From positions 1,376,001-1,440,000 of the forward strand of contig CM000151.3 in the NCBI GenBank assembly GCA_000004695.1: 64,000 bases of DNA. The letters run 5' to 3'. Positions 11,819 through 27,680 of this stretch are shown piece by piece (the first letter of the stretch is position 1; each line of letters opens with the position of its first letter). Under the pieces are notes generated by a model, which saw only the letters and a program-made list of their open reading frames with translations, ran no database searches and had not been told where the DNA came from. Source of the DNA: Dictyostelium discoideum. Taxonomy: Eukaryota. A program made the translations under genes and the position numbers.

Positions 11819-12560
11819 CCTATTTAATTACTATAAATAGAAAAAAAAAAATTAATTTAAAAAATGGATGTAATCATCCTTTCTGTTTACATTTTTTTAT
11901 TATTTTTTTTTTTATTTTTTTTTTTTTATTTTTTTTTAATACCAAATCTTGGTTATTTAACCTTATCTATTTTTAGTTTTAAAATTATTTATAGTTTTTT
12001 TTAAAATATATGTCAAAAAAAATAAATAAATAAAATAAACTATCAATTTTAATATAAAAAAACATTTACAATCAAATTTTTTTTTTTTTCCTTGTACTCA
12101 ATTTTGGCCTCATGTTGGAAAAAAAAAAGCAACACAAACTAGTGATACTTGTCCAATGGAGGAGTAAAAATAATATGACGACTAACCAATTTTCTTTTTT
12201 TCCTATTTAATTACTATAAATGGAAAAAAAGTAATTTTTTAATGATTAAAAAAATGGATATAATAATCATTTCTGTTAACATTATTTTTTTATTTTTTTA
12301 TTTTTTATTTTTCTTTAATACCAAATCTTGGTTTTTAACCTTATCTATTTTTAGTTTTAAAATTAATTATAGTTTTTTGGTAAAATATTTGACAAAAAAA
12401 AAAAATAATAAAATAAACTAATAATTTTAATTAACAAAAACATTTATCATTGAAATTTTTTTTTTCCTTATATACTCCATTTTGGCGTCAGGTTAGAAAA
12501 AAAAAAAAAAAGAAACACAATCTTATGATATTTATCTCAAAAAAACAAGAAAAAAAACCA
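11819..12560. repeat. tandem direct duplication of a ~383-bp AT-rich non-coding unit (unit 1 about 11819-12201, unit 2 about 12202-12560); each unit contains TATAAATAG followed roughly 35 bp later by ATGGAT(G/A)TAAT(C/A)ATC
   Basis: CCTATTTAATTACTATAAATAGAAAAAAAAAAATTAATTTAAAAAATGGATGTAATCATCCTTTCTGTTTACA...TAATACCAAATCTTGGTTATTTAACCTTATCTATTTTTAGTTTTAAAATTATTTATAG... recurs at 12202 onward with about 85-90% identity. Unit 1 ends with TAAAAATAATATGACGACTAACCAATTTTC. Unit 2 diverges at its 3' end. Confidence 0.6.
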
Positions 12561-12786
12561 GGTGTTACATTTTTGTGAAAGTCTTAATATAAAAAAAAAA
12601 AAATTAATAAAAAATAAAAATAAAAAAAAATAAAAAAATAAAAAAAAAAAAAAAAAAAAAATGAAAAAAAAAATAAAAAAAATTAAAAATAGAAATTTTT
12701 TTTTTTTAATATAAAAAAACAAAAGAAAAAAAAAAAAAAAACAAACTTATAGTAAAAAACTTATATAAATCTAAATAAAAATAAAA

Positions 12787-12912
12787 ATGACAAAATTATA
12801 TATAAAACAAAAAGTATTCTCTTTTGGTGAGAAATATAATGTATATGATGAATTTAAAAATAAAAAGTAAAAATATTTTCTATACCCCTATTATTATTTT
12901 TAAATAATGATA

Positions 12913-12946
<34 letters not shown>

Positions 12947-13458
12947 CATTTTAAAGATTTTATTGTGAAGGTTCTGTTTTCAGTTGGGGTAGTAAAATAA
13001 AAATGTTTAGCCAAGATACAAATCAATTAATTTTTGTAATTAGACAAAAAGTTAAATTTTCATTTTATAAAAAATATTTTATCTATGATGGTAATGATAA
13101 CCTTTTGGCAACAGTTAAACAAAAATCATTGTTTAAACCAAAATTAGAAATCGTTTTAAATGAAAATGAGCAATACACATGTAAAGGTGATTTTTTTAGT
13201 TATAATTTTCAAATCTTAGATGATGGTCTTCCAATTGGAAGGTATGTTTTTTATTTATGAAATTTTCATCTAATTACAACTTATAAAATAACTAACTTTT
13301 ATTTTATTTATTTATTTATTTATTTCAGTGTTACAAAGAGAGTATTATCATGGGGTGATACATATATGTTGGATATATCAGAGAATTTCGAACCATCCTT
13401 CTTTGTTGCAATTGTTATTACAATTGACGATTGTGTTCATAGAGAAAACAATGGATAA
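12787..13458 (+). CDS. LURP-one-related (DUF567 / tubby-like C-terminal fold) protein, paralog A; exons 12787..12866, 12957..13241, 13329..13458 (about 164 aa)
   Basis: Exon 1 is MTKLYIKQKVFSFGEKYNVYDEFKNK, followed by a GTAAAA donor. Exon 2 is ...FYCEGSVFSWGSKIKMFSQDTNQLIFVIRQKVKFSFYKKYFIYDGNDNLLATVKQKSLFKPKLEIVLNENEQYTCKGDFFSYNFQILDDGLPIG, followed by a GTATGT donor. Exon 3 is VTKRVLSWGDTYMLDISENFEPSFFVAIVITIDDCVHRENNG*. The C-terminal W..D.Y.L.I......F...I..ID motif is characteristic of LURP1/DUF567. Splice phases are consistent. Confidence 0.6.
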
Positions 13459-13997
13459 TAGTTTATATTAATTTTTTGACCCCTTAAAAAGTTTATATGA
13501 ATATAAAAACAAAATTATTATTATTAAAATAAATTTAAAATAATCTTTTAAATTTATAAACAATTGCATTCATTATTTTTCATTTAAAAAAATTAATTAA
13601 TTTAGAATTCCAATTGTCAGGAAAGAAAAAAGGAAAAAAAAAAAAAAAAAAAAAAATTAATATAAACATCAACTATAGTTCGGAATTGTTTAAAAAAAAA
13701 ATAAAATTAAAATTAATTATAGTTTAGAATTGTTTAAAAAAAAATTAAAATTAAAAAAAAAAAAATTAAAAAAAAAAAAAAAAATTTAAAAATAAAACAT
13801 TCGTAGATTTGTACATGTTTCCATATTTAAACATTAATTTCCAAAAGGGGATGCAAAATTTGGTGTATTGATGAAATGAATATAAAAGAAAAAAAAAAAT
13901 TAAAAAAAAAAAAAATTAAAATAAAAAAATAAAAAAATAAAAATAAATAAAATAATATATTTGTAAATATTAAATTAATTAAATATATATTAAAAAA

Positions 13998-14478
13998 ATG
14001 ATGAAAAAATATATTGTTAGTTATGGTAATAATTATGGATATTATAATTCAAATAAACAAATTAATATTTTAGATGATACAAGAAAGGAAGTTCTTTATG
14101 AATGTTATTTAAATCCAAAGAATAGGAAATGTGATTTTTATAAATATAATTCAAATAATCCAAATAATAATAAATATGATAAAAATAATGAAAATTTTAA
14201 AATTGAAGATTGTTACTCAATAAAAGAACCAGAATTAAAAGATGATGAATTATTTAAAATTGAAAAAGAGAGTTTCCTATCCCTTCATTCAAAACATTTA
14301 ATCTTAAATAAAGAAAATCAATTAATATCAACAATGGAAAGGAAAACAAGATTATTTTCTCATTCAAATTATAATTTAACAATGATAAATGGTCAACAAT
14401 ATTTTATAATTCCACCAAAATCAAAAGTTAATTTTGGTGGTTTTGAAATTTATGATGGTGATAAATTAATTGGAAAGT

Positions 14479-14561
<83 letters not shown>

Positions 14562-14731
14562 CCAATAAAATCGAATTCTTCTAATAATAAAATTAATTTA
14601 TTTTTCATTTCAATAGTGCTTGGTTTGGAGTAAATTATGAATTATTTTTAAATGAACAATATGATGAGCCATTCTTTTTATTAGTTTCAATTATTGCCAA
14701 TAACTTCTTTTCTTCTATTACTCCAAGGTAG
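13998..14731 (+). CDS. LURP-one-related (DUF567) protein, paralog B; exons 13998..14476, 14617..14731 (about 197 aa)
   Basis: Exon 1 is MMKKYIVSYGNNYG...MERKTRLFSHSNYNLTMINGQQYFIIPPKSKVNFGGFEIYDGDKLIGK with a GTAAGT donor at 14477. The intron is poly-A rich and ends CAATAG at 14616. Exon 2 is AWFGVNYELFLNEQYDEPFFLLVSIIANNFFSSITPR*, homologous to the C-terminal exon of paralog A. Confidence 0.6.
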
Positions 14732-14825
14732 ATATATCACTAATATCACTAATGAAAAAAATGTAAAAATAATATGATGACTAACCAATTTTCTTTTTTT
14801 ATTTTACTTTAAAAGTAGAAGAAAA

Positions 14826-15041
14826 ATGAGATCATTTAATAAAAATCCCAATTTCATTAGCAGTGGAAGTAACGGAATGAATTGGGGTGGTTCTTTGAAC
14901 ACTTGTGACTCTGGAGGATTCAATAGTTTTGGTTGCGACAGTGGCGGTGGTGGCTTTGGTTGCGACAGTGGTGGTGGTGGTTTTGGTTGCGACAGTGGTG
15001 GTGGTGGTTTTGGTGGCTGTGATAGTGGAAGTTCATTTTAA
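14826..15041 (+). CDS. small Gly/Cys/Ser-rich protein (71 aa) with (GCDSGGGGF)x3 repeats; possibly preceded by a micro-exon at about 14750
   Basis: The ORF is MRSFNKNPNFISSGSNGMNWGGSLNTCDSGGFNSFGCDSGGGGFGCDSGGGGFGCDSGGGGFGGCDSGSSF. Its 27-bp coding repeats (GGTTGCGACAGTGGTGGTGGTGGTTTT) are locally GC-rich. It resembles the short Gly/Ser/Cys-rich secreted peptide families of Dictyostelium (hssA/2C/7E-like); this is a resemblance, not a firm assignment. Confidence 0.4.
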   Translation: MRSFNKNPNFISSGSNGMNWGGSLNTCDSGGFNSFGCDSGGGGFGCDSGGGGFGCDSGGGGFGGCDSGSSF

Positions 15042-15786
15042 TATTTTTTAAAAAAATAATTTTTAATTAAATAATTTTAAAATAATTTTATTTGAAATAA
15101 ATGTTCTATCATTCAAATTAAAATAAAATAATTAAGTAAATTTTTTCAACCTATTTAAATTGGTGCATACATGTATGTATGCATGTATGTTGAGAATGAG
15201 TGGTTGTTACTTGGGGGTTAAGTGGTTTTGCAAATTATCTTAAAATATTTATTTTAACACATAAAAAAATAATAACAATTTTTTTTTTTTATTATTTTTA
15301 TGTGTTAAAATAATTATATAATATCTTCTTTTTTTAATTTTTATATTACAATATGTAGTTTAAAAAAGGGAATAATCTCATTTATTTATATTTTTATAAA
15401 TATGGATCGTTATAAATGATCTTATCAAAAAAAGAAAAAACGATTATTTTATCATATAATTGGGGGTAAATTCGAATTGTGTGGTTGTTATTGTGTTTTT
15501 GTGAGTTTTGTAATTTGTATTATAACAACTGGGGTATATTTATCTGTTAATATCAACATGGTGTAAATTTGTTAATTGAATTTATTTTTATTATAATACA
15601 ATATAAAAAATAAAAAATAAAAATAAAAAAAATAAAAAAAATAAAAATAAAAAAAAAAATTATTGTCTAACACACAAATGATTTAATAATCGTCTTTTAA
15701 TTGTTTTTTTTTTATTTTAACACTAAAAAAAATATTAACTATTTATTTTTTTTTTTTTAAATATTCATTATATTTTTAAATATTAT

Positions 15787-15817
<31 letters not shown>

Positions 15818-16020
15818 GACATTGTTAATAATAATTATTATTTTTTTCATTTATTTATTTATTTATTTATTTATTTATTTTTTTATTTTTTATTTTTATA
15901 TTTTTAAAAAAAAAACAACAACAATCAAAAAGAATATGTAAAAAAATTATTTTTTTATTTAGATTTTAAATTTTAAAAATAGATTCTAAAAATAGATTTT
16001 GATAAAAAAAAAAAAAAAAA

Positions 16021-18702
16021 ATGAAATTTTTATTATTTTTATTTTTTATATTTTTAAATGTTAATATTATAAAATCAGATTTTATAAAAACCACAAATTT
16101 AAATTTATTAAAAAAAATAAATAATAGTAACGATAATATTATTTATAATTTTTCAAATGATTTATTGTGGAAACCAAATTTAAAACCAAATGTAACAGAT
16201 AATGTAATAATTGATAGTGGTTTTAATATTGTGATGAATCAATCGAGTAAAATAAAAAGTTTAGAAATTAAACCAAATTCATCATTTTTAATAAAGACAC
16301 AATTAAGAATTCAAGAAAAATTTACAAGTGATAATGGATCAATATTAATATTTGATGCAGATTCAATTGGCGATGGTACAATGATAATTGGTGGTGATGT
16401 AAATTTATTTGGTTCAATGTATATTCAAAGTTATTTTAGTATTTATTCAATGAAAACGTTAAATATATATGGTCAATTGAATTTGGGAGGGTTATGTTAT
16501 ATAAATAGTTTTACAAAATTCTCTGGTTTCCAAAATGGGATATATGGATCGATGTTTATTTTTACAAACAATACAGAGTTTAATAAAAATTTTATGTTAC
16601 TTGATACATCATTAATAGATTTCGTTGGTAGTGATTGTAATTATTTAATGACAAATAATTCACTTTCGACGTTAATTCGTTCAATGTTTAGTATATTAGA
16701 AACATCATTACAATTAAAAAAAAGTAAATTAATATTAAATGAATCAATTCAAAATATTAAAGAATCAAATGTAACCATTGAAATGGATAGTGCAATTAAT
16801 GTACATAAGAATTCTACATTAAAAATTTATAATACAGAATTCATAATAGATGGTTCAACATTAGTTTTTGAATATTTTTCAAATGGTACAATTGAAAATT
16901 CAATTTTTAAACTTTATAATAAATCTTCGATTCTCTTTTATAATGGTAGTTTTGTTGAAGTTTTAGGTGGTCAAATGTTATTATTTGATTCTTATTTAGA
17001 TATTTACAATGGTTCAGAATTAATAATTAATGGAACATTTGAAAATTTTAGAGTTTATAATCAAACTGCAGTTGAAATTTCACATTTAGGAAAATGTAGT
17101 ATCATTGGTAGATTAAACCTATTTGATAAATCCTCTTTTAAATGTAAAAGAGGTAGTGAATTATTAATTAATGGAACATTAGTACATTATCATAATTCAT
17201 TTATAAATTCAACATTAGCATCTGTTATTTTAAATGGTGATTTGATTTTAAAGGATGAATCATTTGTTCAATCTGTCGATTCATACTTTAATATTAATGG
17301 TAATTTAATAATGGAATCAAATACAACTTTAAAAATTAAAAATTCAACATTTATTGTACCAGGTTCAATTTATTTAAATTCATCAATCATTCTCAACTCA
17401 TCATTTTTATATTTAAATGGTAGTTTTATAGCCCATACTGATTCACCTTCAAATTTTACAAAATCAGTTTTAAATATTACAGGTGAAATTTATTTAGATG
17501 GTGTTTTATCATTTAATGATACTTTTATTCAAACAAATTCAAATTTTTCAATTGGTGGTGATATCATTGGTAATAAAATGAAAATTTCAACATTTGGTCA
17601 TTTTAAAATTGAAAAGAATGCTTCATTTCTTTGTGATGGTTGTACATTGGATATTGGTAAACGAGGTGAATTTATTTATGATAGATATTCAGTGATAAAA
17701 TTAAATAATACAAAAATCAATATTAATCCACTTGGTGTAGTTAAAAGTTTTGGAATTATTCATGTAATTCATGGTACATCAATTACAAATGTTGGTAATT
17801 TCGAACATTCCTCACATATTTATCATAATCATATTAATGGTGAATTATCATTATTAAATGAATCAATTATAAGGAATAAAGGTAATTGGAAATGTATTGA
17901 TGTTAATGAAACTACATTTACAAATAAAAGTCAAATTGATTTACCATTTTTTAATGATGGTGGAGTTTTACATATTTCAGGTTCACATACATTTTTTAAA
18001 TTATTCTATCAAGATAATAATGGTAAAATTAGTTTATCCAATAATGGCTCAATTAGTTCAATTAGACCTTTAAATTTAAATAATGGTTATTTAGTTGGAA
18101 ATGGTTCAATCATTGGTTCAGTTAATATGAGTGGAGAAATTGGTCAACAATATACACCAAATCAATTAAATATTAATGGTGATTTACATTTTTCATCAGA
18201 AAATTCAAAAATTATCATTACAATTGATAAAGATCAATCATTTACAACCATAAATGTTAATCAAACTATTAATTTAACAAATTGTAATAATTCTTGTGAA
18301 TTGGTTTTTCTAATTCATCAAGATATGATTAGTAATGGTGAATTTGAATTTTTAAAATATAATTCATTGGTTGGTTCAAACTTTAGTTCAATTAAATTTC
18401 AGACATACAATAATCTTGATGCTATTGAAAATAATAAAAAAACAATTTCAAATTCTTCAATTATAAATGGTTGTCAAGTTTCAATAAAAAGTGGTCATAA
18501 ATCAATGGCATTAATGTTTAATAGTTGCATGGAAAGAAAATCAATTCCAGTTTATACTTATATATTTTCTGCTGTTGGTGTAGTTTGTATTGGTTTACTT
18601 GTAAGTTTAGGAATTCAAAATAGGCATAAAATTAAAACAAAATATTTACATTGGAAAGATAGAACTAGAGAATTAAAATATAATAATAATAATAAAAGAT
18701 AA
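16021..18702 (+). CDS. type I transmembrane glycoprotein (893 aa) with an N-terminal signal peptide, more than 50 N-x-S/T sequons in a repetitive beta-rich ectodomain, one C-terminal TM helix and a short basic tail
   Basis: The N-terminus is MKFLLFLFFIFLNVNIIKSDF (signal peptide). Motifs such as LNGSF, INGTF, IINGT and NxT recur throughout. The C-terminus is IPVYTYIFSAVGVVCIGLLVSLGIQNRHKIKTKYLHWK (TM segment plus cytoplasmic tail). It is a single exon. Confidence 0.8.
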   Translation: MKFLLFLFFIFLNVNIIKSDFIKTTNLNLLKKINNSNDNIIYNFSNDLLWKPNLKPNVTDNVIIDSGFNIVMNQSSKIKSLEIKPNSSFLIKTQLRIQEKFTSDNGSILIFDADSIGDGTMIIGGDVNLFGSMYIQSYFSIYSMKTLNIYGQLNLGGLCYINSFTKFSGFQNGIYGSMFIFTNNTEFNKNFMLLDTSLIDFVGSDCNYLMTNNSLSTLIRSMFSILETSLQLKKSKLILNESIQNIKESNVTIEMDSAINVHKNSTLKIYNTEFIIDGSTLVFEYFSNGTIENSIFKLYNKSSILFYNGSFVEVLGGQMLLFDSYLDIYNGSELIINGTFENFRVYNQTAVEISHLGKCSIIGRLNLFDKSSFKCKRGSELLINGTLVHYHNSFINSTLASVILNGDLILKDESFVQSVDSYFNINGNLIMESNTTLKIKNSTFIVPGSIYLNSSIILNSSFLYLNGSFIAHTDSPSNFTKSVLNITGEIYLDGVLSFNDTFIQTNSNFSIGGDIIGNKMKISTFGHFKIEKNASFLCDGCTLDIGKRGEFIYDRYSVIKLNNTKININPLGVVKSFGIIHVIHGTSITNVGNFEHSSHIYHNHINGELSLLNESIIRNKGNWKCIDVNETTFTNKSQIDLPFFNDGGVLHISGSHTFFKLFYQDNNGKISLSNNGSISSIRPLNLNNGYLVGNGSIIGSVNMSGEIGQQYTPNQLNINGDLHFSSENSKIIITIDKDQSFTTINVNQTINLTNCNNSCELVFLIHQDMISNGEFEFLKYNSLVGSNFSSIKFQTYNNLDAIENNKKTISNSSIINGCQVSIKSGHKSMALMFNSCMERKSIPVYTYIFSAVGVVCIGLLVSLGIQNRHKIKTKYLHWKDRTRELKYNNNNKR

Positions 18703-19087
18703 TAATAATTAATTAAATAAAAAATAAATAAAAATAATAAATTAAAAGTAAATGATTTTATTTGTTTTTATTCATATTGTCAACCAATATAAAGATCTTT
18801 TTTTTTAGATATAAATTAAATCATTGTTTAAAAAAAAAAAAAAAAAAAAAAAATTAAAAAAAGGTGAAAATATTACATACGCGTGTAATTAATTATTTTT
18901 AAAAAAAAAATAAAAAATAAAAAAAAAAATAAAAAAAGTTAAAAAAAAAAAAAAAAAATATCAAGAAAAAATATCCATTTTTTTTTTTAAATTATTAAAA
19001 AAATAAAAAATAAAAAACTTAAAACTATTTTTATACCTACTATAATAGGTTTATAGTATATATAATAGTAAAATAATTTTTAAAAGA

Positions 19088-19259
19088 ATGAATGAATTGA
19101 TTGCCCCGTTTTTAACTCTAAGTATGATATGTTTGATGTGGTTAAATTTTTGTCAATTTTTAAAAAAACATAAAGTTATTTCAAGTGAAATTTCAAGAAA
19201 ATGTGTAACTATTAATAAATTTATAATTATTTTATTTTATTTACTTTATTTTTAACCTT

Positions 19260-19290
<31 letters not shown>

Positions 19291-19892
19291 TGAAAATAAT
19301 TTTTTAGATACATATAGGTACAGGTATAATTTATGTTTTAGTATGGAGAATATTTCCACAATTTAATTGGTATTCAAGAATAGTTGTTGGATTAGTTCCA
19401 TTGATAATTAGTTTTCAATATGCATTGATTGGATTAGGAATTATTAATGATCAAAAGACAGTAGAATCAATGAGTAGATCAGGATCACCAAGAGAACTTT
19501 TATTAGGACCACTTTCATATGGAATTATCATATCATTATTAACAATGATTTTCTGGTTCTCCCCAATTTCAATCATTACAATTGGAGTATTATGTTTAGG
19601 TGATGGATTTGCCGCGATATTCGGTTTAAAATATGGCACTAAAAGAATACCTTACAATAGAGAAAAGACATTAATTGGTTCATTGGCATTCTTTATTTGT
19701 TCATTCATTGGTACTTTTATATTATTAACTTTACTTCAAGATAGATTATTATATCCTTCAATAGTTTTAGCACCATCATTATTTTGGGTTTGTTTAATTT
19801 CAACACTAATCGAATCTTTACCACTTCGTGATTGGGATAATATAACCATTTCAATTTGTTCTGTTTTAACTTTAAATTTAATGGGTTATTAA
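19088..19892 (+). CDS. polyprenol/dolichol/phytol kinase family (CTP-dependent, CTP_transf_1-like) multi-pass membrane protein; exons 19088..19204, 19308..19892 (about 233 aa)
   Basis: The C-terminal exon carries the motif VLCLGDGFAAIFGLKYGTKRIPYNREKTLIGSLAFFICSF, which matches the dolichol kinase / VTE5 GD..A..G...G.....KT.EG signature. Exon 1 is MNELIAPFLTLSMICLMWLNFCQFLKKHKVISSEISRKC with a GTAACT donor and a TTTTTTAG acceptor at 19307, in frame. The protein is short compared with SEC59/DOLK, so the exon 1 assignment is tentative. Confidence 0.55.
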
Positions 19893-20080
19893 AAAATAAA
19901 TAATTATTAATTGTTTAATCTTAATTTTAAAAACTATTTGGGAAAATTTTATAAATAAATAAATATATATATTTTTTTTTATTGATAAATAAATAAAGAA
20001 TTTTTTTTTTTTTTTTTTTTTGTTATTATTATTAATTATTAATATAATTGATAAATAATTTGGTTTTTTTTTTTTTTTTT

Positions 20081-24337
<4,257 letters not shown>

Positions 24338-24665
24338 CTTATAAATTAATTATTTTATAATAGTGAAAGTGAATTCACTATTTTTTGTTTTTTTTTTTTT
24401 TTTTTTTTGTTTTTTTTATTTTTTTGCTTTTGCTTTTTGTTTTTTAATTTTATTTATTTATTTTTATTTTTATTTTTATTTTTAATATTGCTTTTAAGTA
24501 ATATTACTAACTAAATATTATTACTATTACTATATATTATATATGAATTTGAAAAAAAAAAAAAGTAGAATATATATATATATAAAAATATATAAATATT
24601 ATTTTTAATTGAAAAAAAGTGTAAGAAAAAAAAATTTTAAGAAAAAAAAAAAAAAAAATATACAC

Positions 24666-24701
<36 letters not shown>

Positions 24702-25272
24702 GTTTCCTAAATCGGCACTTTCATACACCAAACAAGTGTTTTTTTATTATTTTGTTATTTATGTTTTTTTTTTTTGTTTTTTTTTTTTTTTCTTAGTTCT
24801 TTTATACCTTTTTATTTTTCTTTTATTTTCTCAAAGATTTTTTGTTTTTTTTTTTTTAAATTAAAAATTTAAAAATAAAAAAATTAAAAAATAAAAAATT
24901 TTAAAAAAAAATGAAATTAAACAATTTTTTGATGAAAAGCCAAATAAATTGGGTTGGGTTCAAATAATTGGAAATTTATTGAAAAACAAATCAAATAATT
25001 CGCAAATTAATAAATAAGTATTGCATTATAATATAAAATATTTTAAAAATAAATTAATTTAAAATAAATATACTCATTTAAAATAAATAATTTTAAATAT
25101 TTTTTTTTAATAATACTATTTTTTTAATAAATTTATTTTTATTGATAATTTGTGTTTTTATTAAATAGTAAAAAAAAAAATAATAATCAAAAAAAAAAAA
25201 ATAAAAAATAAAAAATAAAAAAAAAATTAAAATTTAGTGGAAAAACAAATAAAAAAAAAATCAAAAGGTTTA

Positions 25273-25519
25273 TCACTTTGTTTTATTAATAAAATGTTGG
25301 AAAATAGTACTATTCACTTCAGAGTTTAGAAAAACATTTACAATATTATTATTATAAAAAATACCTTGGTAATTTGATAATAAATGTACAAGATAACTTT
25401 GAAGTGGTAATTGTCTAGCTTTTGCAACTTGGTTGGATGCTACTTTTAATTTCTTTGGTGGTAATGTCAAACCTAAATCTTTTTTATCAATTATTCCGGA
25501 ACTTTTTAACTATTTTAGA

Positions 25520-25557
<38 letters not shown>

Positions 25558-26964
25558 TTGGTTAATACCATTGAATTAATAATAAAATGTATTCGTTATT
25601 ATTATTATTTTTAAAAAAAAAAAAAAACTTACTTTTTTATCCAACATTAAAAAGTTATTATATCTTCTACAAACGAACCATTCATTTGAATTTGAAATTA
25701 CTTGTAATTTATATTCAATATGATCATCAATTTGAAAGAAACCAACAATTCTAATTGAAATATCCCAAGCTGTTCCAGATTTTGAAGATGGTTTCCAACT
25801 ATTTGGAGTAATTGGTCTTTCTTGTGATGATTTGAGTGGAGTTGATGGGGATGATGATTGTTGTTGTTGTTGTTGAAATCTATCTTGTGATGATGATAAA
25901 CCACGATCTTGTGATGATGATAAACTACGATCTTGTGATGTATTCAAAACATTACGATCTTGAGAAGATGATAATGATGATGGAGCAGTTGTTGAATTTG
26001 AAGATGTTGGAGATGATTGAGCAGATGGTTTATAAGACCAATTTGATTTTTTAATTTGTTGTTGTTGTGATGATGATGAATGGGAAGGTAATGATGGTGT
26101 TGATGAATGTAATGATGGTGATGGAACTGTACAATTATTATTATTTTTACTACTTCTTCTACTTCTACCTGAAATATTTAATGAAACAAATGAAGGTGGT
26201 TCAATTGTTACAATCTTTTCATTCTCTTTGGAAATATGATGACTTTCAAATGATACTTCATCCTCTAAAGATCCAGTTGTTGTACCATCATCTGATTGTG
26301 TATCTAATTGAATACACTTATTATTATTATTATTAATTGAATTTATAATATTACTATTATTATTATTATTAATACTTTGTGGTTGCCAAATTAAAGAAGG
26401 TGAAAAAGCAGTTAAAGAAGCAGTTGAGGAATTTGATTCGTATGAATTTGTATTTATACTACTATTATTATTTTTTGTGATTGGTGTTGGTTTTTTAATG
26501 TTTGTTGCTAATGATTGTTTTCTTTTTGGTGATTGAGTTGTTTGTTTATTGGTGGTGGTGGTAGTGATGTTTTTATTATTATTATTATAACAGTCTTTGT
26601 TAGTATTTAAATTATCAAATTGTTTTTCTTCATTTTCTAATTGTTTTAATTCTTTTTTTAATTCTTTCTTTAATTCTTCTTGTTCTTTATTTAATTGTTC
26701 TTGTTTTCTTTCTTTTTCATTTTGTTGTTGTCTAAGATTTTGACCAATACTACTCTTTCTTTTATTATCAAGAGGTGAGAAACCATTTAAATCTTGGAAA
26801 GATAATCTAGTCTGAGAAGCTAATAATGCAATGACTTCATCTCTATCTCCACCACAAAAATCCATAGCATCCAATATTACAGATACTTCAACATTTGGAA
26901 AAAGTTCAATTATAAATGACTCATCCTCGTTTAATTCTCTATTTAAATGTTTTTGTGGTTGTGT

Positions 26965-26998
<34 letters not shown>

Positions 26999-27637
26999 GT
27001 TTGTAATTGTGGTGATTGTGGCGGTTGTTTAATAAAATTATGATCTTGTTCTCTCTCTTCAAAAGACTCTGGTATTTCTTCTTCAGATTCTTCAGATTCT
27101 TCTTGTTCAGATTCTTCATCTTCTTCAGATTCTTCAGATATTGATTGTTGATCAGATTCTTGAGATTCTTCGACTTCAGATTCTTCATTTTCAGTTGATT
27201 CTTGATCAGATGAATCATTACCCTCAAAAGAATTATCAAAGTTATCATCAATATTCTCTTGGAATGAAGCTGATGAGAAATCAATTTGATCATCTTTGGA
27301 ATAATCTTTAACAGAGTTTGTGGCAACAGATATTAATGATGGAGCTGATTGATTAAAATTTCTATGATGAACTTGTGATGGATTATCAACTTTTACATCT
27401 GGTAATGAAATACCTCTTGATTTATTTTGTGTTGTAGTTGAATTGTTATTTTTATTAATTGTATATACAGAAAGTTGTTTTATCCATGATTCTTTATCTT
27501 CATAGCTAAAACATTGGAACTTTAATGAGTGGTTATTTGTTACTAATATTTCAAAATTTAAATTATTTACAACTGGCATTTTATTTAAAATACAACCAGT
27601 AACTGATAAAAAATTTGCTGTTTCCAAGCCTTTATTC

Positions 27638-27680
<43 letters not shown>

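Noticed and set aside
12537-12722. Poly-F or poly-K ORFs built from poly-T or poly-A tracts (e.g. 12537..12722, 29060..29278, 35396..35632, 36156..36425, 38181..38394, 52256..52814, 55582..55767, 56115..56303, 61774..61965, 62476..62764, 63168..63407)
   Set aside because: These are translation artefacts of intergenic homopolymer runs or of the antisense strand of poly-N/poly-E coding sequence.
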